Assembly: GCA_023379005.1 (NCBI GenBank)
Contig: JAMCTG010000002.1
Span: 14,333 to 78,332 of the forward strand
Origin: Candidatus Babelota bacterium
GTDB taxonomy: Bacteria; Babelota; Babeliae; Babelales; Babelaceae
DNA length: 64,000 nucleotides
Reading direction: 5' to 3'
Shown here: one piece after another, positions 9,056 to 17,054 of the stretch
How positions within the stretch are numbered: the first letter of the stretch is position 1
Layout: each line of letters starts with the position of its first letter
Notes under the pieces: generated by a model
What the model saw: only the letters and a program-made list of their open reading frames with translations
What the model was told of the DNA's origin: nothing
The model's database searches: none
Position numbers and translations under genes: made by a program

Positions 9056-9464
9056 TTTCGGGACTCCCGGAAAAGAATTTTCTGGGCATACAATTCTTGG
9101 CATTGGTATAGATGCAATAGAAATTGAGCGATTTAAAAACTGGCATTTGTACAGCATAAAAACTTTATCTAAAATTTTTACTAAGTCAGAAATAGAATAT
9201 TGTCTGTCAGTCAAAAATTTATCTGCTCAAAGATTTGCGTCACGTTTTGCTGCAAAAGAGGCTGCGTATAAAGCAACAAGTGATCTATTAACTAAGACAA
9301 GTTTTATTCAATTTTGTAAATTTGTTGAAGTTCAAAATTGCCCTTCAGGTAGGCCAGGCATTGTTTTTAAGCAATCTGTTCTCGAAAATATCAAAATTCA
9401 CCTGAGCATAACCCATACCAGATCGACTTCTATGGCTTTTGTATTGTTGCAAAAAATTGCATAA
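9039..9464 (+). CDS. acpS: holo-[acyl-carrier-protein] synthase
   Basis: 141 aa; ILGIGIDAIEIERF... and FAAKEAAYKA motifs typical of AcpS; overlaps the comM stop by 17 nt. Confidence 0.75.
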   Translation: MLKNPNFGTPGKEFSGHTILGIGIDAIEIERFKNWHLYSIKTLSKIFTKSEIEYCLSVKNLSAQRFASRFAAKEAAYKATSDLLTKTSFIQFCKFVEVQNCPSGRPGIVFKQSVLENIKIHLSITHTRSTSMAFVLLQKIA

Positions 9465-9499
9465 GTGGTTATTTTTACTTTAGCTAATAATATTTTTTG

Positions 9500-9528
9500 T
9501 TGACAATTATAAAAAAAAGCCCATAATT
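9500..9528 (+). promoter_or_regulatory. sigma70-like promoter for tRNA-fMet
   Basis: TTGACA (9500-9505), 16-nt spacer, CATAAT (9522-9527); the -10 ends 15 nt upstream of tRNA position 1. Confidence 0.55.
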
Positions 9529-9542
9529 TAAAACGAATGTAT

Positions 9543-9619
<77 letters not shown>

Positions 9620-9621
9620 GT

Positions 9622-9826
9622 CTTCGCTCCTTCGGAGCTACGCCTGGCACAGCCAGTTCTTTAAAGGATTGGACATTAAGTTTAATCGTGAAAAGCGAAG
9701 ACTGTCCGGCGAAGCAACAAGATTTTATACTTGAAGCATTAAATACTAAAGCGTAGACGGACTAGTTACAAATTCAAAATAAACTTCTTCGTTCCTTCAG
9801 AAATGACTGGCAAGCCAGTTCTTTTT
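9622..9826 (+). repeat. two ~41-nt direct repeats immediately 3' of the tRNA, bracketing a GC-enriched structured spacer
   Basis: 9622-9662 cttcgctccttcggagctacgcctggcacagccagttcttt versus 9787-9826 cttcgttccttcagaaatgactggcaagccagttcttttt (about 80% identical by eye); 9620-9627 gtcttcgc pairs with 9695-9702 gcgaagac. Confidence 0.5.
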
Positions 9827-9964
9827 ATGACTTTTAACAATAAGTTTTAACCCAATCCTAAAGCCATACCGCTAATTATTTCAGTAAAAAACCCTTTTTA
9901 TTTCAAATAATTTAATAACACACCATCCCTTTTTGTCCTAAAATAAGCTATTTTATCTCAATTA

Positions 9965-9999
9965 TTGACTATTTGAACTGAAATATGTCATTCTATAAT
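9965..9999 (+). promoter_or_regulatory. candidate promoter of the ANK array (copy 1)
   Basis: TATAAT at 9994-9999; the TTGACT at 9965-9970 is 23 nt upstream (too far) and TTGAAC at 9973-9978 gives a 15-nt spacer; the region is a near copy of 12433-12502 with a 5-nt insertion. Confidence 0.3.
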
Positions 10000-10030
10000 T
10001 AAAGAAATGGTTTTAATAAAGAGATAAATA

Positions 10031-10885
10031 ATGTTAAAAAAATATTTAATTACACTTTTAATATTAAGTTTTGTTCCAAATCTTACTTTTTCAATGACCA
10101 AACTTAGCCAGTGGATTATTCAATTTTTTAAAACACAAGAAAAGTTTCACGAATTTGAAAAATTTCCTGCAGACATAAAATTAGAAATTTTGGCACAAAG
10201 TTTTAATGACATTGTCGATCAAAATAAATCTGTTGAAGAAAATATCAAAAAATTATTTGCACATCGTGCCATGTTAATGCGATTGAGTCCAGAGATAAAA
10301 GAACTTGTAGGTTCTGTAGGTAGAGTGAGAATTTTGCAAGAAATTGGCAATCAATTATCGAAAATGATATCTGATGCTATTGAGTTACAGAAAAGAATAA
10401 AGAATAACGAAGAATTGGTAAAAGCAGTTTCAAATTTTGCAAATAATCAAGATGTTATAAAAGCATTAACATATATAAAAAATGAAGAGGGTCATACTTT
10501 AATGCATCAAGTAGCTTTTTATGGCGATGTTAATGCAATAAAAATTTTAAAACAAGCTGGTGCAGATGTTGATGCAAAAAATATCCATGGAGACACACCA
10601 TTATTAGAAGCTACAAGAAGAAATATAACTAAAGCAGTTAAGAAATTAATTGAATTTGGTGCAAATGCTAATGAACGTAACAATTATAAATTTGCACCTA
10701 TACATAATGCAGTTATAAACGAAAATCTTGAGATGATAAATAGTCTATTAAATGCTGGTGCCAATATAAATGTGCAAGATTTTCTTGGAAAAACACCTCT
10801 AGATTTTGCTATTAATCGTGGCAATGAAGATATTAAAAATTATCTCATCGAACATGGTGCTAAGTCTGGCAAGGATTTGCCATGA
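10031..10885 (+). CDS. exported F-box-like / ankyrin-repeat protein (array member 1)
   Basis: 284 aa; leader ...VPNLTFS/M; FPADIKLEILAQSF resembles the F-box core LPxE[IL]xxxI[LF]xxL; ANK repeats (GHTLMHQVAFYGDVNAIKILKQAGADVDAKN, GDTPLLEA..., FAPIHNAV..., GKTPLDFA...); tail HGAKSGKDLP. Confidence 0.8.
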   Translation: MLKKYLITLLILSFVPNLTFSMTKLSQWIIQFFKTQEKFHEFEKFPADIKLEILAQSFNDIVDQNKSVEENIKKLFAHRAMLMRLSPEIKELVGSVGRVRILQEIGNQLSKMISDAIELQKRIKNNEELVKAVSNFANNQDVIKALTYIKNEEGHTLMHQVAFYGDVNAIKILKQAGADVDAKNIHGDTPLLEATRRNITKAVKKLIEFGANANERNNYKFAPIHNAVINENLEMINSLLNAGANINVQDFLGKTPLDFAINRGNEDIKNYLIEHGAKSGKDLP

Positions 10886-11721
10886 AGAAATTATTATTTA
10901 TTTTATTAATCCCAAATCTTATTTTTTCAATGGGCCCTGAACCAATGGAAATTGTGCCAACTGAAAGCAATATTTTAGAAAAATTTCCACAATTTGAAGA
11001 ATTTTCTCCCGAAATAAAATTAGAAATTTTAGCACAAAGTTTCAGAGGAATTGTTGATCCAAATAAATCAGCTGAAGAAAATATAAAAAATTTATTAGAT
11101 CATCGCGAGATATTAATGGAATTAAGTACAGAAATAAAAGAGCTTGTTGGCAATGTCGGCAAGGTAAGAATTTTACGAGAAATTGGTAATCAATTGTCAA
11201 AAATGTTGGCTAAAAGTGTAGAAGAAGAACGATTCTTGACTAATCAAAGAGATTTGGTAATAGCGGTCTCTAATTTTTCAAATAATAAAGATATGATTAA
11301 AGCCTTAACCTATGTAAAAGACTGGTCAAATGATACATTAATGCACGCAGCAGCTTTTGGAGATATTAATGCAATAAAAATTTTAAAAGAAGCGGGTGCT
11401 GACATTGATGCAATAGGGTACTATAAAGTTACGCCATTGCATTATGCTGCTGAACATAAAATTGCTGATGCTGTTAAAACTTTAATAGAATTAGGTGCTA
11501 ATGTAAATGCAAAAGATCATGCTGAAAGAACACCTTTGTATATGGCAATTACGTCAGGAAATCTTGAGATTGTTAAGAATTTAATAGCAGCTGGATCTGA
11601 CATCAATGCAGAAAATATGTTTGGAACTTCTCCATTAGATCTTGCTATCAGTCGTGTTAATAAAGATATTCAAAAATATTTAATCGAACATGGTGCTAAA
11701 TCTGGTGAGGATTTGCCATGA
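10882..11721 (+). CDS. exported F-box-like / ankyrin-repeat protein (array member 2)
   Basis: 279 aa; ATGA overlap with member 1; leader MKKLLFILLIPNLIFS/M; FSPEIKLEILAQSF; 4-5 ANK repeats; tail HGAKSGEDLP. Confidence 0.8.
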   Translation: MKKLLFILLIPNLIFSMGPEPMEIVPTESNILEKFPQFEEFSPEIKLEILAQSFRGIVDPNKSAEENIKNLLDHREILMELSTEIKELVGNVGKVRILREIGNQLSKMLAKSVEEERFLTNQRDLVIAVSNFSNNKDMIKALTYVKDWSNDTLMHAAAFGDINAIKILKEAGADIDAIGYYKVTPLHYAAEHKIADAVKTLIELGANVNAKDHAERTPLYMAITSGNLEIVKNLIAAGSDINAENMFGTSPLDLAISRVNKDIQKYLIEHGAKSGEDLP

Positions 11722-12329
11722 AGAAATTATTATTTATTTTATTTATCCCAAATTTTATTTTTTCAATGGAAGAAAAATAAGAAGCAAAAATTGAATTGCA
11801 GGAATTTCCAGCAGAGACATTATGCAATATAGTTGAATATCTTTTTGGCGGTTTAATAGATACCTCGAAGACTGTTCAACAAAATATTAGATTATTATTT
11901 AAAAGAAGAGCTGAATTAGCATCACTTAGCCCGTATTTCAAAAATTTAATAATGGAAACTTGTAAGCCTGAAGTTTTAAAAGCAATTGGTCAAGAATTAT
12001 CTAAGCTTCTTAGTTCTCCAAATAAAGCTGAATATTTTTTTAATCAAATTGCATTTAGAGAATCAATCTTAAAAGATTTTTCTCAAAATCAAGATGTTCT
12101 TAAAGCATTAACTTATGTGAAAGCTGAAAATGGATATACTTTGTTACATTTTTTTAACAATGATTTAGGTTTTGAAGCATTAAAAAAACTTGTTGATGCT
12201 GGTGCAGATGTTAATGCGAAAAATGAAGATGGTAAAACGCCACTTGACAACGTTTTAGGTTCTAAATATTTAGAAATCAAACAATATCTTATTAATCATG
12301 GAGCAAAATCCGGCAAGGATTTGCCATAA
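11718..12329 (+). pseudogene. F-box-like / ankyrin paralog (array member 3) interrupted by an in-frame TAA after the leader
   Basis: The ATG at 11718 (ATGA overlap with member 2) encodes MKKLLFILFIPNFIFSMEEK, then TAA at 11778-11780; the same frame continues EAKIELQEFPAETLCNIVEYLF...HGAKSGKDLP. The ORF track only recovers the 3' part, from a TTG at 11796. Confidence 0.6.
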
Positions 12330-12440
12330 ATTCATTTTGCAATTTTAAAATTTATTGAGCACTGTGAATGTCAATGTTTTCAAACAATTTATACATTTTT
12401 ATCTATTTTTTACATTACTATAAGATATTTAAGTCAATTA

Positions 12441-12470
12441 TTGGCTAATTGAATTGTGTCATTGTATAAT
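12441..12470 (+). promoter_or_regulatory. candidate sigma70-like promoter of ANK array member 4
   Basis: TTGGCT (12441-12446), 18-nt spacer, TATAAT (12465-12470); duplicated copy of the region upstream of member 1. Confidence 0.4.
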
Positions 12471-12502
12471 TAATAAATTATTTTAATATAAAAGGCTAAA
12501 TA

Positions 12503-13252
12503 ATGTTAAAAATTTATTTGATTCTTAGTTTAACTATTTTTCCCAGTTTAATTCTATCAATGAATTCGGATAAAATGGAAATTATTCCAGTAGAAGTTGT
12601 TGATTCTAATAAATCAGCTGAAGAAATTTTTCAAAAATTATTTACTCGTGGTGCAGATACAAGGTTTGGAAGAGAACGAATTTTGAAAGAAATAGGAAAT
12701 GAACTATCTAAAACATTATCTAAACATCTCGAACGAAAGAAAAGATTGAATAATTCCAAAGAATTAGTAAAAATAATTTCTAATTTTGCTGGTAATAGTG
12801 ACGTCATTGAAGCTTTGAAAGAAATAAAAAGTGACTCAGGGGAGACATTAATGCATGCTGCTGCTTTGTATGGGGATGTTAACGCAATAAAAATTTTAAA
12901 AGAAGCGGGAGCTAATGTTAATGCAAGCGCTGAGGACGGAAGAACGCCGCTACACGATGCTGCATGGAAGAACAATATTGAAGCAGTCAAAATTTTACTA
13001 GAATATGGTGCTAAGGTTAATGTAGATGATGTTGTGAAAACTACACCATTACATCTTGCAGCTATAGCAAAAAGTAATCCTGCTACGATACTTGATACAG
13101 TACATATTCTATTGTGTGCTGGGGCTAATATTAATGCACGAAATATTAATAGAAATACTCCATTAGATTTAGCGTATGCGTCTTATGGTTCTGAAGAATT
13201 AAAACAATATTTGATTGATCGTGGTGCTAAAACGTGGCGAGATTTGCCATAA
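12503..13252 (+). CDS. exported ankyrin-repeat protein (array member 4, F-box-like segment deleted)
   Basis: 249 aa; leader ...FPSLILS/M; aligns with members 1-3 but lacks the FPxEIKLEILAQSF block (MEIIPVEVV-DSNKSAEE); ANK repeats; tail RGAKTWRDLP. Confidence 0.8.
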   Translation: MLKIYLILSLTIFPSLILSMNSDKMEIIPVEVVDSNKSAEEIFQKLFTRGADTRFGRERILKEIGNELSKTLSKHLERKKRLNNSKELVKIISNFAGNSDVIEALKEIKSDSGETLMHAAALYGDVNAIKILKEAGANVNASAEDGRTPLHDAAWKNNIEAVKILLEYGAKVNVDDVVKTTPLHLAAIAKSNPATILDTVHILLCAGANINARNINRNTPLDLAYASYGSEELKQYLIDRGAKTWRDLP

Positions 13253-13279
13253 AAATCTAGTTATGCTTCAAAATAACCT

Positions 13280-13723
13280 TTAAAATGCGTTATTTTGGCG
13301 TAGTAGAATAAACTCATTGGCAATTTTTAGAATTTCTTGAGCATTATGAAATGTTAATTGTTTTAAAACTTCATTGTATGGAAGCCATTTAAAATCAACA
13401 TGTTCATAAGAAATTTTTACAATATCACTTTTTGCTTTTCCCAAAAAATAAACAACTTTTTTTGAAACCAGTTCTTTATCTTTGTCTCTGAACATATAAG
13501 AAATTTGTTCTTGAAATCCTGGAATAATATCAACTTCAATTCCTGCTTCTTCAAAAAGTTCTCTTTTTGCAGTGTCGATTAACTCTTCATTTTCTTCTAC
13601 TTTTCCTTTTGGAAAATCCCAGTAGCCTGACACGGCATTTAAAACGAGATATTTAATGAAAGGTTTTCCTTCATCTCGATCAACATAAAATGTAATTATA
13701 CCTGCCGACGTTTCTTTTTTCAT
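13280..13723 (-). CDS. Nudix hydrolase, Ap4A-hydrolase (NUDT2)-like
   Basis: 147 aa; Nudix box GKVEENEELIDTAKRELFEEAGI (GX5EX7REUXEEXGU); WDFPKGKVE resembles the asymmetric Ap4A hydrolases. Confidence 0.75.
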   Translation of the reverse strand: MKKETSAGIITFYVDRDEGKPFIKYLVLNAVSGYWDFPKGKVEENEELIDTAKRELFEEAGIEVDIIPGFQEQISYMFRDKDKELVSKKVVYFLGKAKSDIVKISYEHVDFKWLPYNEVLKQLTFHNAQEILKIANEFILLRQNNAF

Positions 13724-13724
13724 A

Positions 13725-15353
13725 CTAATTTAAAAAATAAATTTTTAACTTAAACAATTTTCTTGTTCTATACATAAGTAAAAACATAAATACAGCTAGT
13801 GGACTTACCCACATCCATAATCCAAGACCATTAATTAAAAAATCTCTCGGATTTAGATTCATCACCAAATCTATGATTGGTAATTTTATTAATAAATTAT
13901 TAGTGACTAAAAAGTCAATCAGATAATAAATTCCAAAATAAATTGTGGCAAATACGGTGCATATAAATAACATCTGGAGCAATAATCGCATTAAAAATAA
14001 GATAAAATCATTTATGTATAGGTTAAATTTGTAATATTTATGCAAAACATAAATAAAAACTATTGTTTGTAAAATTGCTGCTAGCGATGTTGCAAGAGCA
14101 AGTCCATATGTCTGTAAATGTTTAATTAAAACAAAATTTAATAATGTATTTACGCATGTACCTCCTGCAGAAATTAAAGTTGGAATAAAAGTTTCATGAA
14201 GCCCATAATAAATATTTAAAAGAATTTTATTTAATGAAAAGAAAAATAAACCAATTAAAAATGCAATCATAATGTACTGTGCTCTTATAACTGCGTCTAA
14301 ACAAAAATCTTTACAATGGAAAATTGTGTAAAAAATTTTGTAGGAAAATGACATCATAAAAATTGTGACTGGCAGAGTAACCCACAATACAAATTTAGTT
14401 GATTCTAAAAGATAATAACTGAGCCTTTTAGGTGCGTATGATGCAATTCTTGTAAAATAAGGCAATAATGTTGTTGAAAATGCAACTGCAAAAACTCCTA
14501 AAGCAATTCGTGTAAAGCCCCAAGAATAAGAAAGCAAGGAAACGTCTCCTACTTTCATGTAAGAGGCGAATGCTTGGTCTATCCACAAATTAATTTCAAT
14601 GATACTTGTGCTAAAAAGAACAGGCAAAAATTTAAAAACAGCTTGTTTAAAATAGTGCCAAGTTTTTTCATCTGGCCTTTCAAAACTTAAATCATATTTT
14701 AAATATGCAATTAAATGCATTATTAATTGAGTAAAGCCAGCAAGTAAAATAAAATAAGCAAGATAATAAATTGGTAATTTAAAAAATAAGCAGAGTAATA
14801 AACCACCAATATAAACTACATTTATAACAACCTGGCCAAATGCTGGAACAAAAAAATGTCCGACAGCATTTAAAGCTCCACCAAACAATGCGCTGCTAGA
14901 TATAAATAAAATGAAAAAAATTAAAACTCTAGTAAGTTGAACTGCATAGGCAAGTCGCTCGCCATGAAAGCCTGGAACTAATATGGAAAGTACAAATTCT
15001 GTTTTGCAGAAAATTAAAAAACAAAATAAGAACAAAGAAATTTGAAATGCCACAAAAGTTAAAGTTATGAGCTTGTTTATTTGTCTTTTATCTTCACCTT
15101 TTTTGAGCATAGAAACAAAAGTAGGAATAAATGCAGCGCTTAATGCACCTTCGGCAAAAACTTTTCTTAAAGTGTTTGGAATTTTAAAAGCTGTTACAAA
15201 AGCATCTGGAATTGCGCCGAAGCCTAAATATCTTATTTGTAAAACTTCTCTTACGAGTCCTAAAAGTCTACTTAAAAGTGTTGAGCTTGCTATTTGCGCA
15301 GTTTTTTGCAGGAGATTTTTTCTAGAAAGTTTCGTTTGCATGTAGGCCACCAT
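13725..15353 (-). CDS. murJ: lipid II flippase MurJ/MviN
   Basis: 542 aa polytopic membrane protein; N-terminus SSTLLSRLLGLVREVLQIRYLGFGAIPDAFVTAFKIPNTLRKVFAEGALSAAFIPTF is the conserved MurJ signature; the ATG at 15341 (MQTKLS) is an alternative start. Confidence 0.85.
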   Translation of the reverse strand: MVAYMQTKLSRKNLLQKTAQIASSTLLSRLLGLVREVLQIRYLGFGAIPDAFVTAFKIPNTLRKVFAEGALSAAFIPTFVSMLKKGEDKRQINKLITLTFVAFQISLFLFCFLIFCKTEFVLSILVPGFHGERLAYAVQLTRVLIFFILFISSSALFGGALNAVGHFFVPAFGQVVINVVYIGGLLLCLFFKLPIYYLAYFILLAGFTQLIMHLIAYLKYDLSFERPDEKTWHYFKQAVFKFLPVLFSTSIIEINLWIDQAFASYMKVGDVSLLSYSWGFTRIALGVFAVAFSTTLLPYFTRIASYAPKRLSYYLLESTKFVLWVTLPVTIFMMSFSYKIFYTIFHCKDFCLDAVIRAQYIMIAFLIGLFFFSLNKILLNIYYGLHETFIPTLISAGGTCVNTLLNFVLIKHLQTYGLALATSLAAILQTIVFIYVLHKYYKFNLYINDFILFLMRLLLQMLFICTVFATIYFGIYYLIDFLVTNNLLIKLPIIDLVMNLNPRDFLINGLGLWMWVSPLAVFMFLLMYRTRKLFKLKIYFLN

Positions 15354-16017
15354 CTTTTAGTTCGAGAATAACGTCCATTTTATTTACAATATTTTCATCA
15401 TGCGAGCTTACGATGAGTCCAATATTGTGCAGTTTTGAATAATTTATTAAATAATTTATAACATCATCAGCATTTTTTCTATCTAAATGTGCAGTTGGTT
15501 CATCGGCTAAAATGAATGATGGTTCATTAAATAACGCTCTTGCCAGAGCGACTCGTTGTTGCTCGCCACCAGAAAGTGCCATTGCGGATGAAAAAGCCTT
15601 TTCTTCGATGTTAAATTGCTTTAAAAGCATTTTGCCTTTTTCGTAACATTCATCAAAATTTTTGCCTGAAACAAGACCTTTAATTACAACATTTTCCAAA
15701 ACATTTAATTCTGGAATTAAATAAGGATATTGAAATATAAGACCAATTTCTTGATTTAAAATCTTGTTTTTTTCAGATTCTTTTAATTTGTTTATGTCTT
15801 GGTTGTCATACATAATTTGGCCAGAATCTGGCTTGTCGAGCCCGGCAATTAAAAACAATAGGGTTGACTTGCCAGAACCTGATATACCTTTAATTGCATA
15901 CATTTTATTATGGTTAAAAGTGTATGAAACATTATTCAGAATCTTTAATTCTTTATCTGTTTGGATAAATTTTTTGGTCAAGTTGATTAGAGAAATTTGA
16001 TTGATTTTGTTTTTCAT
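15322..16017 (-). CDS. ABC transporter ATP-binding protein (LolD/MacB-type)
   Basis: 231 aa; Walker A GISGSGKST, signature LSGGEQQRVALARAL, Walker B ILADEPTAHLD; the stop overlaps the murJ 5' end. Confidence 0.8.
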   Translation of the reverse strand: MKNKINQISLINLTKKFIQTDKELKILNNVSYTFNHNKMYAIKGISGSGKSTLLFLIAGLDKPDSGQIMYDNQDINKLKESEKNKILNQEIGLIFQYPYLIPELNVLENVVIKGLVSGKNFDECYEKGKMLLKQFNIEEKAFSSAMALSGGEQQRVALARALFNEPSFILADEPTAHLDRKNADDVINYLINYSKLHNIGLIVSSHDENIVNKMDVILELKDGGLHANETF

Positions 16018-16115
16018 AAATATAATTTTTAAAGTTTAATATTAATTTACACCTAAAAATTATCTTTTCAATTTAAGCTTTTTGCAAAGTGTGTTTTTTT
16101 GAACGAATATGTTTA

Positions 16116-17006
16116 TCAATTATTTTTTTTTACTGATGTAAGTCTAGTCAAAAGATCTGTAGTATGTATCTGCCAATCTTGTAAATCTTTTTTATATTTT
16201 TCTAGAAAATCTGTATCATCTCTGAAATGTGTTTTTATTCCTAAAATTTCATAAAGAAATGGTCTTTTTATATAATTTATGCAGTCGATAAGATTAGGAG
16301 CACTATATAATATAACACATAGCGTAGATAATATTTGTCCAATCAATAAACCTCGTTCGGGAATTCCACCTGGTGCCATACATAAAGGTATTGCAACAAT
16401 TGAGCTAGGAAACACAATGCTGGATACTATATCTATAAATAAATATATTTCAAAAGCATTTTTGCAATTTTCAATATCTTTTATTATCAATTCCAAAGTT
16501 TTTAAATCAGTTTTAAAATTTGTATCTAAAATTTTAAGTTTTTCAAAGTTTTGATTTTGATTATAGGCCGAATAATCTTTTATATGACTCGTGAGCTGTT
16601 CCTTAAGTATTATTTTTAAATTGTCAAAATTTCCGCGACTGACTAAGCGATATAAAATGAAAAATCTAGGTATTTTCTTTTTCAATTCTTTAACAATTAA
16701 GGTTCTTGCATTTGAGGGTGGCTTGCATGTTTTATAGGAGCGACAAAGCCCCAGCGCATAGATCTGGTCTTCTAAGGTTTCTGATTTATTTAAATAAAAT
16801 TGATTTATATCTTCAGCAATTGTAACCGCTTGCTCTCCAGTTAAGCCAAATCTTGGTGCCATAAATAAAACTAATGCTTTATCGTTAGGTTCTAAATATG
16901 ATCCAACATATTTCCAAATCTCTACTGGCATAAGCTTAAGAATATTTTTTTTGGGAAGGCTTAAAGTTGTAAAAAATAGACCAAGGATATAAATTATTTT
17001 TTTCAT
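16116..17006 (-). CDS. F-box-like protein with a bilobed hydrophobic segment (paralog A)
   Basis: 296 aa; hydrophobic N-terminus; LMPVEIWKYVGSYLEPNDKALVLFMAP fits the F-box consensus LPxEIxxxIxxxLdpkdL; two hydrophobic stretches separated by APGGIPERG (IYLFIDIVSSIVFPSSIVAIPLCM / LLIGQILSTLCVILYSAP). Confidence 0.5.
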   Translation of the reverse strand: MKKIIYILGLFFTTLSLPKKNILKLMPVEIWKYVGSYLEPNDKALVLFMAPRFGLTGEQAVTIAEDINQFYLNKSETLEDQIYALGLCRSYKTCKPPSNARTLIVKELKKKIPRFFILYRLVSRGNFDNLKIILKEQLTSHIKDYSAYNQNQNFEKLKILDTNFKTDLKTLELIIKDIENCKNAFEIYLFIDIVSSIVFPSSIVAIPLCMAPGGIPERGLLIGQILSTLCVILYSAPNLIDCINYIKRPFLYEILGIKTHFRDDTDFLEKYKKDLQDWQIHTTDLLTRLTSVKKNN

Positions 17007-17054
17007 TTTTTTTAAATTATAAAATCAGTTAACATATTGTATCGTGCCATCAAT

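Noticed and set aside
7537-9214. Minus-strand ORFs 7537-7893, 8448-8636, 8680-8880, 8892-9146 and 9023-9214
   Set aside because: They are antisense to comM and acpS, which both have clear family signatures.
9620-9830. Possibility that the structured region after the tRNA is tmRNA, SRP RNA, 6S or RNase P RNA
   Set aside because: I could not find the tRNA-like 5' GGGG.../3' T-arm-CCA pairing of tmRNA, the SRP domain IV GGAA/AGCA motif, or RNase P conserved regions. It is kept only as an unclassified structured repeat region.
12631-12990. 119-aa minus-strand ORF inside ANK array member 4
   Set aside because: It is antisense to clear ankyrin repeats. Its Ala/Ser-rich frame is the expected antisense of ANK GAD/GAN codons.
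14570-14590. A DnaA-box-like CTATCCACA inside murJ
   Set aside because: It is a single 8/9 match within a coding region, with no cluster of boxes or adjacent AT-rich unwinding element beyond the genome-wide AT-richness.
15067-16554. Plus-strand ORFs 15067-15345, 15764-16000 and 16279-16554
   Set aside because: They are antisense to murJ, the ABC ATPase and the F-box-like gene respectively.
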